A stretch of 64,000 nt of DNA from an uncultured delta proteobacterium. GTDB lineage: Bacteria; Myxococcota_A; Polyangia; Fen-1088. The position numbers and the translations under genes were made by a program. The DNA lies in assembly GCA_963737265.1 (NCBI GenBank), contig CAVTRY010000011.1, forward strand, positions 992,001-1,056,000, written 5' to 3'. Under the pieces are notes generated by a model, which was not told the DNA's origin, made no database searches, and was given only the letters and a program-made list of their open reading frames with translations. Positions 1-9,999 of this stretch are shown here, in pieces. Within the stretch, counting starts at the first letter, position 1, and every line of letters begins with the position of its first letter.

Positions 1-88
1 GTCTGGACGGCCGAGTTACCGGTGCCCGCGCCCCCAGGATCAAACGGCTCGACGGTCTCCAGCACGTCGTCCTGTGGAACCAGTGAGC

Positions 89-1563
89 CCGTGGTGCGCG
101 GATACGACTACACGCTCATCCGGCCATCCGCCGTCCAATTTGGCCAGCAGCCGTCGGGCGAGCCCCGGCCCGGCTCGGATTTCGAAGACTACGACTATCC
201 AGGGGGACTTTCGCCAGAGGCGGAAGCCAACCAAGAAGCCCTGGTGCGCATGCAGATGGACCGCGTCGCCAACACGGTGATCGAGGTCGAGGGCAACACC
301 ATGGGGCTAGGCGTGGGCGCCCTCGTCAGCCTCGCCAAGCCGTTGTCCATCGACGGCATCGCCTTCAATCCCTTTTGGGGCGAAGACGGCTTCGCCAAGG
401 AATACCTCATCACCTCCGCGCGCTACTCCATCAGCATCAACCAGTACGAATCCGGCGACGTGGCGAAATCCGACCAGCCATTCAAGGCGAGCTACACCTT
501 GCTCGACAGCCAGGTCCAGTTCCGCCCCCAGCGCGGGGCGAGCAAGCCCAGGATCGAAGGCCCCCAGACCGCCGTCGTGGTGGGGCCCGCCGACGAAGAA
601 ATCTGCACCGACACCGACAAGCTCGGCCGCGTGAAGGTGCAGTTCGACTGGGATCGCCTCGGCAAACACGACGAGAAATCCTCTTGCTGGGTCCGTGTGT
701 CCCAAGCCTGGGCCGGGGCGAAATGGGGCGCCTTTCACCTTCCACGCATCGGCCACGAAGTCATCGTGGAATTCCTCGACGGCGATCCCGACCGCCCCAT
801 CGTCACCGGCCGGGTCTACAACGCCGACAACCTGCCGCCCTACGACTCGCCCACCCAAAGCGGCATCAAGAGCCGCAGCACCAAAGGCGGCACCCCCAGC
901 AACTTCAACGAAATCCGCTTCGAGGATCTCAAAGGCAAGGAAGAGCTGCACATCCAGGCCGAAAAGGACATGTCGACGTTGGTGAAGAACAACCAGTCGA
1001 CCGACGTCGGCGGTAATCGCACCCTGACCGTGCACGGAAAGCAAACGACCACCGTCACCAAGGAAGAAACGCAGACCTATAAGAACACCCGCACCATGAC
1101 GGTGACCGACCTCGACACCGACACCTACAAAGGTGGACGAAAAGAGACCGTCGAGAAGGGCGACTCGCTGGCAGTGCTTAGCTCCAACAAGACCGCCACA
1201 ATCGATGGCAAGTACAATATCCAGGTAACGTCCCAATACGAAGTGGTCCAGGGGGAGAAAAACAAGGTCACCCTCCTGGATCCAGACATTACAATCGCGA
1301 ACGGCCAGTGCACGATCAAGCTCTCGGCCGGCGCCGCCTCGGTGACCGCCGCGGACAGCCTGACCCTCACTTGTGGCCAGACCAGCATCACCATGATGAA
1401 GAGCGGCTCAATCGAGGTCAGCGGTTCCGCTGGCGTCGCCATCATTGGCGGAGGCGAAGTACACGCCACGCCTTCTGGCGTGGATATCAAGGGAGCCAAG
1501 GTCGATGTCACCGGAACTGGCCCGGTTACCGTCACCGGTGCGATAGTCAAGGTCAATGGTTGA
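89..1563 (+). pseudogene. vgrG: Type VI secretion spike protein VgrG, 5'-truncated (gp5 OB-fold and beta-helix tip intact)
   Basis: Motifs GPQTAVVVGP, GRVKVQFDWDR, PRIGHEVIVEFLDGDPDRP, NEIRFED, IQAEKDM. 89-992 matches 11182-12085; bases 1-88 do not match the other vgrG. Confidence 0.85.
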
Positions 1564-1593
1564 CGTACTGTCGGCATTTCGGACCATCGTACG

Positions 1594-2715
1594 ATGCAAC
1601 TTAACAACGCCACGCCGCTCCCGGCCCAGTCAACTGTCGCCGAGCTGCCGGACGAGCCCAACCGAATTGGGATGCTGACGGCAAAGGCCACGTTCAAGTT
1701 CGACCGCAACGGCCAGGTTCAGCTCGACACCCAGAATCCCGTCCCGCTGCTCAGCGAAGATCGGCAGACCCCGCTCGGCCCATTGCCCACGGACAGTCGC
1801 GCCCGCCGCGGCGACAAGTTCGAGGTGATGCTACTTGGCAACGCCTATCCCGCCCGCAAGGGCGCGACAGCGACCAAAGTCGCCCTTACGGTAGGGGCCG
1901 AGCGGCGCGAGCTTCTAGTCCACGGCGACCGAGTCTGGATCGGCGACGATGCAAGGCGAGCGGCGATCTCCCAACCGCGGTCGTTCGACTGCATGCCCCT
2001 AGTCTACGAGCGGTCATTCGGAGGAACGGTGCCGGTCCATATCGACAGCCGCTCCGTCCTCGACATCACCCATCCCATCAATCCGCGCGGAAAGGGTTTC
2101 GACCCTCGCCCCCAAGCCGAAGGATTGTGCAAGATGCTTCGGGCGCCAAAGGGCTTTCCGGCCCTGCCCCCTGGTGCGCGCAATCTGCCCAACATCGAAA
2201 ATCCGCGCGCGCCGATTTCCCGCTGGGAGGACGGCCCCGACCCGGTCGGATGGGCGCCGGCCCCTCCCGAAAGCGCGATAGCATTTCTGAACGTGATCAA
2301 GGCCCAGGCCGCCGCGGTCGCCCAGTTGCAACAACAGGGCGGCTACACCCCGAAGAAATTTCAGAAACAGCAAGAGGCCAAGGCCGAGCAGGGAGAAGAT
2401 CCGGATCTCTGGCTTTACCGGGCGCACCCGGATTGGGTCATCGCCCTTCCCCAAGCTGCCGCCATCGTACGCCTGGAGAACCTACTTCCGGGCGCGCCGA
2501 TGGTGGAATTTAGACTGCCTCAGTTTCGGGTGATTGCCGACTACACCATCTACGGCCGGATAGGACAGCGGGATTTGCGTCCGCAAATCCTCGTCTTGCT
2601 GCCCGAAGAGCAACGCCTCTATCTGGTTTACCGCCTGCCCTTCAATTTCGAGCCAGGCCCCGCCCACGAGCGATCCTTCCGTCTGCGCACCGCGGATGGT
2701 TGGCTGCTAGCCTAG
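1594..2715 (+). CDS. DUF2169 family T6SS accessory/chaperone protein
   Basis: Starts MQLNNATPLPA; motifs AKATF, LLVHGDRVW, MPLVYERSFGG, NPRGKGF, LPNIENP; directly downstream of vgrG. Confidence 0.85.
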   Translation: MQLNNATPLPAQSTVAELPDEPNRIGMLTAKATFKFDRNGQVQLDTQNPVPLLSEDRQTPLGPLPTDSRARRGDKFEVMLLGNAYPARKGATATKVALTVGAERRELLVHGDRVWIGDDARRAAISQPRSFDCMPLVYERSFGGTVPVHIDSRSVLDITHPINPRGKGFDPRPQAEGLCKMLRAPKGFPALPPGARNLPNIENPRAPISRWEDGPDPVGWAPAPPESAIAFLNVIKAQAAAVAQLQQQGGYTPKKFQKQQEAKAEQGEDPDLWLYRAHPDWVIALPQAAAIVRLENLLPGAPMVEFRLPQFRVIADYTIYGRIGQRDLRPQILVLLPEEQRLYLVYRLPFNFEPGPAHERSFRLRTADGWLLA

Positions 2716-2727
2716 GAGGAACCGAAG

Positions 2728-3900
2728 ATGCCCCTACCAATACCCGTGTCGATCACCAACGACTTGGCGATGCCGCTCATTCCCATGGTGGTGATGACAC
2801 TGCATGACGTGGTTCCGCCCATGGCGCCACCGATCCCTGCGGCCCCATGCGTGGAGACGCCGGTCATGATGATGTGGCCGCCCGGGTTCGCCCTATTTCA
2901 GAACAGGTTCACAACGACGGTCTTGCACAAGGCGATGCCCATCGCGCTCGACGGGCACAACTGCGGCTACATGTTGCCGCACGTCTCGATCCCGATAGTG
3001 AACATGCTGACTCCGATGCAGATCATGTTTTCGTCGCGAAAGATGGCTTTTTCCGCCGCAAAGGTTAAGGCCAATGGTGCCCCCATTGCCACGACGGCTC
3101 CCCTCGTGCTGCCGATGATGTGCTGTGCCCAGCCGGTCACCTTGCCAACCGGTGCAGCCCCAACCAATTGTCTGAACACAGTCGCCGTGGGAGTTACATG
3201 GACCGACGCCATCCTGGGCTGGGGTGCGATTATGGTAACTATGGTGATTGATAAGTGTTTTTACAAGAAACCCCAGGCTCTCGAAGGTGCCGACAAGACT
3301 GAGATGGTAATCAATTTTGGCATAAAACAACTAGATAAGCTGAAGTTGAGACTCTTATTGGGCGACGATAAGTGGAAGAAGGCCTTGTGGAAAGCCGCAG
3401 TAGGCGTTGCGGCAGGCCTATCGAAGATTGTTCTTACCGGAGAAGGTAGTGTATCCATTCCGTTCGGCTCGGGCTACCTCGGTGGCGGCCTTGGCTATAC
3501 TCGAGGCGGCGATGGTGGCGGAAGTAGCACGGTCGGCGTAGCCGGCAACACAAGCGACCGATTGCTGGGCCCGGCCACAGGCAGACAAGCGAGCGCGCAG
3601 TATACCTGGAGGGCGGACGGGACAACAACAACAACAACTGGTTCCAAGGCCGCCAGTGCTGACAGTGGACTTGTGTCGACTGAAGGGTCGCAACGAGCGG
3701 CAAACACTTCGATGAACTACGACAAGGATGGTAACCTCGCAACCACCTCGACGAGCAAGACGGCGACCGGCACCGAGGACACGCCTTGGTCTGGCGAAAC
3801 CGAGGCGCAACAGCAAAAGACCACGACCCGACCTGGTCAGGCTCCAACGATATCCGCAGCTAACTATTCTAGCGCGTTAAGTTGGGGGCAGCCACTGTGA
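2728..3900 (+). CDS. Putative T6SS effector with N-terminal PAAR-like spike-tip domain (copy 1)
   Basis: Pro-rich N-terminus with His/Cys motifs (LHD, DGHNCG, LPH, PMMCC); GGAGG RBS; follows DUF2169; S/T-rich C-terminus. Confidence 0.6.
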   Translation: MPLPIPVSITNDLAMPLIPMVVMTLHDVVPPMAPPIPAAPCVETPVMMMWPPGFALFQNRFTTTVLHKAMPIALDGHNCGYMLPHVSIPIVNMLTPMQIMFSSRKMAFSAAKVKANGAPIATTAPLVLPMMCCAQPVTLPTGAAPTNCLNTVAVGVTWTDAILGWGAIMVTMVIDKCFYKKPQALEGADKTEMVINFGIKQLDKLKLRLLLGDDKWKKALWKAAVGVAAGLSKIVLTGEGSVSIPFGSGYLGGGLGYTRGGDGGGSSTVGVAGNTSDRLLGPATGRQASAQYTWRADGTTTTTTGSKAASADSGLVSTEGSQRAANTSMNYDKDGNLATTSTSKTATGTEDTPWSGETEAQQQKTTTRPGQAPTISAANYSSALSWGQPL

Positions 3901-3979
3901 CACCCGGTCGAACCAATCTGCCTCATCATCTTCCCTACCCTTCTTCGACGGCAATAGTAGCGTCACTCTGATTTAGTGA

Positions 3980-4690
3980 GTGAGGGGACTCCTCCTAGTG
4001 GAAAATAGCAGGGAAGCTATTCTCACTGTAGTGCTACTTCTCGTTCTGTTCTGTTCTCTTGGCGCGTTTGCTGCCCTGTGGAATTCTCGCACATACAAAC
4101 CAGCCTTAGTTGCGCAACGAATCCTAGCGAATCTATCGTCATCTCTGCAGAGAGAAACAGCAAGATGGATTCCCAGTGCAGAGGCCTCGATAAAGGGGCT
4201 ATTCACTCCGTGGTCCCTCGTTACTGTTTCCGTTCGGGGAACCTGGGAGAACGCCCTTGCCACAATCGGCTTTCGGGAGGCCTATGAATCTGAGTACATA
4301 TCAGTTTCCACATTGACTTCGGTCGCCATCGCCTCCAATCATCGGCTAGCGGACAAGACACAACTGGCTAGGGCGTCTAGTCTCGATGTTGGTGTTAATA
4401 ATGCCTTCGCATTTCTTGGCCTTGCGCCCAAACTCAAGCGTCTCTCCGAAGAATTTCAAGCGAGCGGCGACGACGCCGAGATTTCTCGCCTTTTTTGCCC
4501 AGTTGTTCTGGCGGAGGTCCGGGCCTTTCCCCATAGGGCGTACGAAGGCCCGGTGATTGAGGGTTCTGAAATCAGGATGAGCTGGGTCGGACAGGAGACC
4601 GATCCCAAAGTCATCGAAGCCGCGTTCCACTTGCTCAAGACCATCGCCGATGCCGGGACCGCAGAAGAGGTAACTGAACATCATGGATGA
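3980..4690 (+). CDS. Putative membrane-anchored immunity protein (copy 1)
   Basis: N-terminal hydrophobic helix; directly downstream of the putative effector; paralog of 7951-8712 (shared ETDPKVIEAAFHLLKTI). Confidence 0.5.
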   Translation: MRGLLLVENSREAILTVVLLLVLFCSLGAFAALWNSRTYKPALVAQRILANLSSSLQRETARWIPSAEASIKGLFTPWSLVTVSVRGTWENALATIGFREAYESEYISVSTLTSVAIASNHRLADKTQLARASSLDVGVNNAFAFLGLAPKLKRLSEEFQASGDDAEISRLFCPVVLAEVRAFPHRAYEGPVIEGSEIRMSWVGQETDPKVIEAAFHLLKTIADAGTAEEVTEHHG

Positions 4691-6129
4691 CAAATCGCCG
4701 CAGATCGCTCCGCGCAGACCTGCACGCCCTCTTTACGATGCCATCGTCGAGCTTGAGCCCAAACCCAAGGGCGAGATCCCGACGTTTGCCTATGTGTTGC
4801 TCAAGACGACGTACACCATCGCAGGCGGACGCGCGATTTTGGCCGAGCCCGAGCCTCTGAAATTCGACATCTATCGCGACGAGACCCTCGATCCGAGGAT
4901 GCCGCCGGGTTCGGATTTCTGGGTTTCCAAGGCCGCTACCGATGTGGTGGTTCAGGGATCCGCCTATGCGCCGGGAGGCAAGCCTGTCGGTCGCATGGAG
5001 GTTGCAGTGCGCATCGGCCAGGGAAGCAAGCAAATCGCCGTGTTTGGCCGCCGGGCCGTGACCTGGGATGCAGATCGACGAATCCGCATCGCGCCACCCG
5101 AATCCTTCACCGAGATGGCCCTCACGTATTTCAACGCCTACGGTGGGCTTGACCCGCGCGTGCCCATTCCGGAGCCCGAGCGAGAAGATTACATGCGACT
5201 CTCGGCGCTGGGCTTGACCTTCGACCATCCGGGGGCCTACCCCAGGGCCAACGCATCTAAATTGTAAGTGATCTTGCGGAGATGCCGATAGTTATGCCGG
5301 TCTCCGCGCCCGTGCGCGCTGCCGAACCTGCCTGCACACCGGCGCGCGCACCGACCCCAGGGGAAAACCTTCCAGAAATGGCCGAGACTCTGATGGATCC
5401 TGCGTCGATGTAGGATGATGCGATGGCCCTGGGGCCTACCCGAGAAATCTCATTGGCAAGGGCTATCTGGTTTCGCCCGAGCCCATGGACAATTTCGAAA
5501 TGCCCAACCTGGAGGATCCCGACGATCTTTTGACCGGGCAACGCATGGTCGTGGGATCACCCGAGCTTTGGTACAAACAGCCGCTGCCCTGGTGTTTCGA
5601 CTGGACCAACGCTCTCATGTTCCCGCGCTTGCTCTACGGCGGCATGGACGCATGGTTCCCGTGTACCAATGATGCGGCCCTACCGGAAGTAAGACGGCAG
5701 TTCCTTCCATCCCAACTCAAGCGGCGCATGGAACAAACGCCGGCGATCGGCGCCGAATACTACCAGGAAGCATCTTTGGGCATGGTCTTGCGCCGGCCCA
5801 TCGGCGGGCAACCGGTTTCCCTTTCCGGCATGCATCCCGAGGAACCCATCATGACTTTCGCAATCCCGCCCGATCCCCCCATCGAGATTGAAATCGAAGG
5901 AAAGCGCGAAGCCGTTCAGCCCCGCCTGACGAACCTGGTGATTCGACCCGCCGAAAAAAAGTTCTGCACGGTTCACTTCGCTCGCACGGCCGCCCTCCCG
6001 CGCGCCTTCATCCCGGAAATCCACAAAGACATCCCCCTCTCGGCTCGCATTGCCCGCGACGTCCCGCTGAAACACGAGAGCCCGGCAACCGTTCGCGACC
6101 GACTTGCGGCGGCAAGCAAAACGAGCTGA
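4683..6129 (+). pseudogene. DUF2169 family protein interrupted by a MITE
   Basis: Near-identical to intact 8722-9969 apart from the 189-bp insert plus 10-bp duplication at 5243-5441, which breaks the frame. Confidence 0.9.
5243..5431. mobile_element. 189-bp MITE with ISAs1-like ends (copy 1)
   Basis: Terminal inverted repeats CAGGGCCAACGCATC / GATGCGATGGCCCTG (1 mismatch); 10-bp TSD GGGCCTACCC at 5233-5242 and 5432-5441; empty site in the paralog near 9270. Confidence 0.92.
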
Positions 6130-6132
6130 AGA

Positions 6133-6714
6133 ATGCATCTCCCTTCCACAAGGCGCTATGATTCACCTCCTGGCCCGCGCCATCTGCCCAACATCGAAAA
6201 TCCGCGCGCGCCGATTTCCCGCTGGGAGGACGGCCCCGACCCGGTCGGATGGGCGCCGACCCCTCCCGAAAGCGCGATAGCATTTCTGGACGTGATCAAG
6301 GCCCAGACGGCCGCGGTCGCCCAGTTGCAACAACAGGGCGGCTACACCCCGGAGAAATTTCAGAAACAGCAAGAGGCCAAGGCCGAGCAGGGAGAAGATC
6401 CGGATCTCTGGCTTTACCGGGCGCACCCGGATTGGGTCATCGCCCTTCCCCAAGCTGCCGCCATCGTACGCCTGGAGAACCTACTTCCGGGCGCGCCGAT
6501 GGTGGAATTTAGACTGCCTCAGTTTCGTGTGATTGCCGACTACACCATCTACGGCCGGATAGGACAGCGGGATTTGCGTCCGCAAATCCTCGTCTTGCTG
6601 CCCGAAGAGCAACGCTTCTATCTGGTTTACCGCCTGCCCTTCAATTTCGAGCCAGGCCCCGCCCACGAGCGATCCTTCCGTCTGCGCACCGCGGATGGTT
6701 GGCTGCTAGCCTAG
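6133..6714 (+). pseudogene. DUF2169 C-terminal fragment (duplicate of the 3' half of 1594-2715)
   Basis: From LPNIENP to ADGWLLA almost identical to 1594-2715; N-terminal half absent. Confidence 0.85.
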
Positions 6715-6726
6715 GAGGAACCGAAG

Positions 6727-7866
6727 ATGCCCCTACCAATACCCGTGTCGATTACCAACGACTTGGCGATGCCGCTCATTCCCATGGTGGTGATGACACT
6801 GCATGATGTGGTTCCGCCCATGGCGCCACCGATCCCTGCGGCCCCATGCGTGGAGACGCCGGTCATGATGATGTGGCCGCCCGGGTTCGCCCTATTTCAG
6901 AACAAGTTCACAACGACGGTCTTGCACAAGGCGATGCCCATCGCGCTCGACGGGCACAATTGCGGCTACATGTTGCCGCATGTCTCGATACCGATATTGA
7001 ACACACTGACGCCGATACAGATAGCGTTTTCCTCACGCAAGATGGTGTTTTCCGCCGCCAAGGTCAAGGCCAATGGTACGCCTATTGCCACAACGGCCCC
7101 GCTTCTGCTTCCGATGATGTGCTGTGCGGATCCTGTAACATTTCCCACCGGGGCTGCGCCCACCAATTGCCTGAACACGGTATCCGTGGGAGTTACATGG
7201 ACCGACGCCATCCTAGGTTGGGTTGCGATTGGACTGACAGCGGCCGCCGAGGGCTGGACCCGAAAGCTTCCCGAACAGAAAGACCACTGGCTAGAAGAGC
7301 GGCTCAAAAACCTGAAGCAGAGATTCCTATTGGCCGACAGGCCAGCCAGATGGCTTGCGAAGACCACCGCCGGAATTGCCAGTGGCCTTGCTAGGATCGC
7401 ATTTACCGGCGAAGGGAGCGTTTCCGTCTCCTTCGGTTCTGGCTATCTTGGCGGCAGCATTTCCTATTCCAGGAGCAGTGGCAGCAAGACGATCGGCATT
7501 GTCGGCAACGAAGACACCAGCGGCCGGCTGCTCGGTCCGACCACGAGCAGACAGGGGACGGCCCAATACACCTGGAGGGCTGACGGCACATCGACGACAA
7601 CCACTGGTTCCAAGTCGGTGATATCTGACGGTGGCTTTGTGTCGGCCGAAGGATCGCAAGGAACATCCAGCACTTCGACCAACTACGACAAGGATGGCAA
7701 CGTCCAAGGCACATCGACGACCAAGACGGCGACCCACTCTGATGACACACCCTGGTCTGGTGAAACTCAGCTTCAACAGCAAAAGAACAGAAACGAACCT
7801 GGTCAGGCCCCCACTACGTCGAGCAGTAGCTATTCGGATGCCTCCAAGTGGGGAACGGTCTTGTGA
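6727..7866 (+). CDS. Putative T6SS effector with N-terminal PAAR-like domain (copy 2)
   Basis: First ~165 aa highly similar to 2728-3900, divergent middle, homologous S/T-rich C-terminus. Confidence 0.6.
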   Translation: MPLPIPVSITNDLAMPLIPMVVMTLHDVVPPMAPPIPAAPCVETPVMMMWPPGFALFQNKFTTTVLHKAMPIALDGHNCGYMLPHVSIPILNTLTPIQIAFSSRKMVFSAAKVKANGTPIATTAPLLLPMMCCADPVTFPTGAAPTNCLNTVSVGVTWTDAILGWVAIGLTAAAEGWTRKLPEQKDHWLEERLKNLKQRFLLADRPARWLAKTTAGIASGLARIAFTGEGSVSVSFGSGYLGGSISYSRSSGSKTIGIVGNEDTSGRLLGPTTSRQGTAQYTWRADGTSTTTTGSKSVISDGGFVSAEGSQGTSSTSTNYDKDGNVQGTSTTKTATHSDDTPWSGETQLQQQKNRNEPGQAPTTSSSSYSDASKWGTVL

Positions 7867-7950
7867 TGCGCAATCCTGCCTCTTCCCCAATCCAAGGTCG
7901 CCGGCCGCGGCGGTGTTGGTTGTTTCGAGGCTGCCGGAACGGTCGAATTC

Positions 7951-8712
7951 GTGCCACAATTCGATGACATCCACCGTTCGCTGGACCGGCTAGGAATTCG
8001 CATTTTCATCTGGGCCCTTTTGTCGATTCTGCCGATTGCAGTGGGCGTCGCGAATATCGCCTTTTCCACCGGAAAGACAATAACTATTGTGGCCTTGGCA
8101 CTCGTGATAGCCTTGTTTTTCTTCTGGGTCCGGTACGACTTACAGGTGAGGCCCGTGATCCGCGCCGAACGCATCTTGGCACCGCTTACCGCATTCCTCC
8201 GACTGGCTCCAACGACTCCGCGCCAAAGCAAAACGCGATCGATACGCGAGGCGCGGGACCGCACCAATAGGTTCGTCGAGGGCGTCTGGGAGGATAGACT
8301 GGTGGCTGTCGGTTTCGATCCACCGACGGGGTCTGACGACAATTCCTCGCCCAAAGGGCACACTTCGGTCTTCCTTACTGTCTCGCACCCCTTGTCGGCC
8401 GGCATGGTCCATCTGGCAAGGTGGAATGCAATTGAGGTCTTGGCCAGCCGTTTTTTTGCTTTTCTCGGGTCTCCGGTTCTGAAGCGCGCATCCGACGACT
8501 TCGGCGCATACGGAGAAGACGCGGAAATCGCGCGATTGTTTACCCCCGCGGTGTTGGCATTGGTGCGTGCATTTCCGCGCGACATATGCCCCACAGTCGA
8601 TGGCAATGAAATCAGAATGAAATGGGAAGGCCTTGAGACCGATCCCAAGGTTATCGAAGCCGCGTTCCACTTGCTCAAGACCATCAGCGACGCCGGGGCC
8701 GCAGAGAGGTAA
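7951..8712 (+). CDS. Putative membrane-anchored immunity protein (copy 2)
   Basis: Two N-terminal hydrophobic segments; C-terminus homologous to 3980-4690; follows effector copy 2. Confidence 0.5.
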   Translation: MPQFDDIHRSLDRLGIRIFIWALLSILPIAVGVANIAFSTGKTITIVALALVIALFFFWVRYDLQVRPVIRAERILAPLTAFLRLAPTTPRQSKTRSIREARDRTNRFVEGVWEDRLVAVGFDPPTGSDDNSSPKGHTSVFLTVSHPLSAGMVHLARWNAIEVLASRFFAFLGSPVLKRASDDFGAYGEDAEIARLFTPAVLALVRAFPRDICPTVDGNEIRMKWEGLETDPKVIEAAFHLLKTISDAGAAER

Positions 8713-8721
8713 CTCAACATC

Positions 8722-9969
8722 ATGTCTGACAAATCACCCCAAGGCACTCCGCGCAAACCTGCTCGCCCTCTCTACGATGCCATCGTCGAGCTAGAGCCCA
8801 AGCCCAAGGGCGAGATCCCGACGTTTGCCTATGTGTTGCTCAAGACGACGTACACCATCGCAGGCGGACGCGCGATTTTGGCCGAGCCCGAGCCTCTGAA
8901 ATTCGACATCTATCGCGACGAGACCCTCGATCCGAGGATGCCGCCGGGTTCGGATTTCTGGGTTTCCAAGGCCGCTACCGATGTGGTGGTTCAGGGATCC
9001 GCCTATGCGCCGGGAGGCAAGCCTGTCGGTCGCATGGAGGTTGCAGTGCGCATCGGCCAGGGAAGCAAGCAAATCGCCGTGTTTGGCCGCCGGGCTGTGA
9101 CCTGGGATGCAGATCGACGAATCCGCATCGCGCCACCCGAATCCTTCACCGAGATGGCCCTCACGTATTTCAACGCCTACGGTGGGCTTGACCCGCGCGT
9201 GCCCATTCCGGAGCCCGAGCGAGAAGATTACATGCGACTCTCGGCGCTGGGCTTGACCTTCGACCATCCGGGGGCCTACCCGAGAAATCTCATTGGCAAG
9301 GGCTATCTGGTTTCGCCCGAGCCCATGGACAATTTCGAAATGCCCAACCTGGAGGATCCCGACGATCTTTTGACCGGGCAACGCATGGTCGTGGGATCAC
9401 CCGAGCTTTGGTACAAACAGCCGCTGCCCTGGTGTTTCGACTGGACCAACGCTCTCATGTTCCCGCGCTTGCTCTACGGCGGCATGGACGCATGGTTCCC
9501 GTGTACCAATGATGCGGCCCTACCGGAAGTAAGACGGCAGTTCCTTCCATCCCAACTCAAGCAGCGCATGGAACAAACGCCGGCGATCGGCGCCGAATAC
9601 TACCAGGAAGCATCTTTGGGCATGGTCTTGCGCCAGCCCATCGGCGGGCAACAGATTTCCCTTTCCGGCATGCATCCCGAGGAACCCATCATGACTTTCG
9701 CAATCCCGCCCGATCCCCCCATCGAGATTGAAATCGAAGGAAAGCGCGAAGCCGTTCAGCCCCGCCTGACGAACCTGGTGATTCGACCCGCCGAAAAAAA
9801 GTTCTGCACGGTTCACTTCGCTCGCACGGCCGCCCTCCCGCGCGCCTTCATCCCGGAAATCCACAAGGACATCCCCCTCTCGGCTCGCATTGCCCGCGAC
9901 GTCCCGCTGAAATACGAGAGCCCGGCAACCGTTCGCGACCGACTTGCGGCGGCAAGCAAAACGAGCTGA
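8722..9969 (+). CDS. DUF2169 family protein (second subtype, intact)
   Basis: Motifs KTTY, SDFWVSKAATDVVVQGSAYAPGG, YFNAYGG, YPRNLIGKGY, MPNLEDPDD. Confidence 0.85.
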   Translation: MSDKSPQGTPRKPARPLYDAIVELEPKPKGEIPTFAYVLLKTTYTIAGGRAILAEPEPLKFDIYRDETLDPRMPPGSDFWVSKAATDVVVQGSAYAPGGKPVGRMEVAVRIGQGSKQIAVFGRRAVTWDADRRIRIAPPESFTEMALTYFNAYGGLDPRVPIPEPEREDYMRLSALGLTFDHPGAYPRNLIGKGYLVSPEPMDNFEMPNLEDPDDLLTGQRMVVGSPELWYKQPLPWCFDWTNALMFPRLLYGGMDAWFPCTNDAALPEVRRQFLPSQLKQRMEQTPAIGAEYYQEASLGMVLRQPIGGQQISLSGMHPEEPIMTFAIPPDPPIEIEIEGKREAVQPRLTNLVIRPAEKKFCTVHFARTAALPRAFIPEIHKDIPLSARIARDVPLKYESPATVRDRLAAASKTS

Positions 9970-9999
9970 AGAAACCTGAAGGCGCTATGATTCACCATC

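Larger units (their letters stand above)
2170..6167 (+). repeat. Tandem cassette unit A (DUF2169 3' half, PAAR-like effector, membrane protein, DUF2169)
   Basis: Near-identical to 6169-9996 over the DUF2169 parts and the effector 5' region; diverged in between. Confidence 0.9.
6169..9996 (+). repeat. Tandem cassette unit B
   Basis: Direct repeat of 2170-6167; both units end in AAGGCGCTATGATTCACC. Confidence 0.9.
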
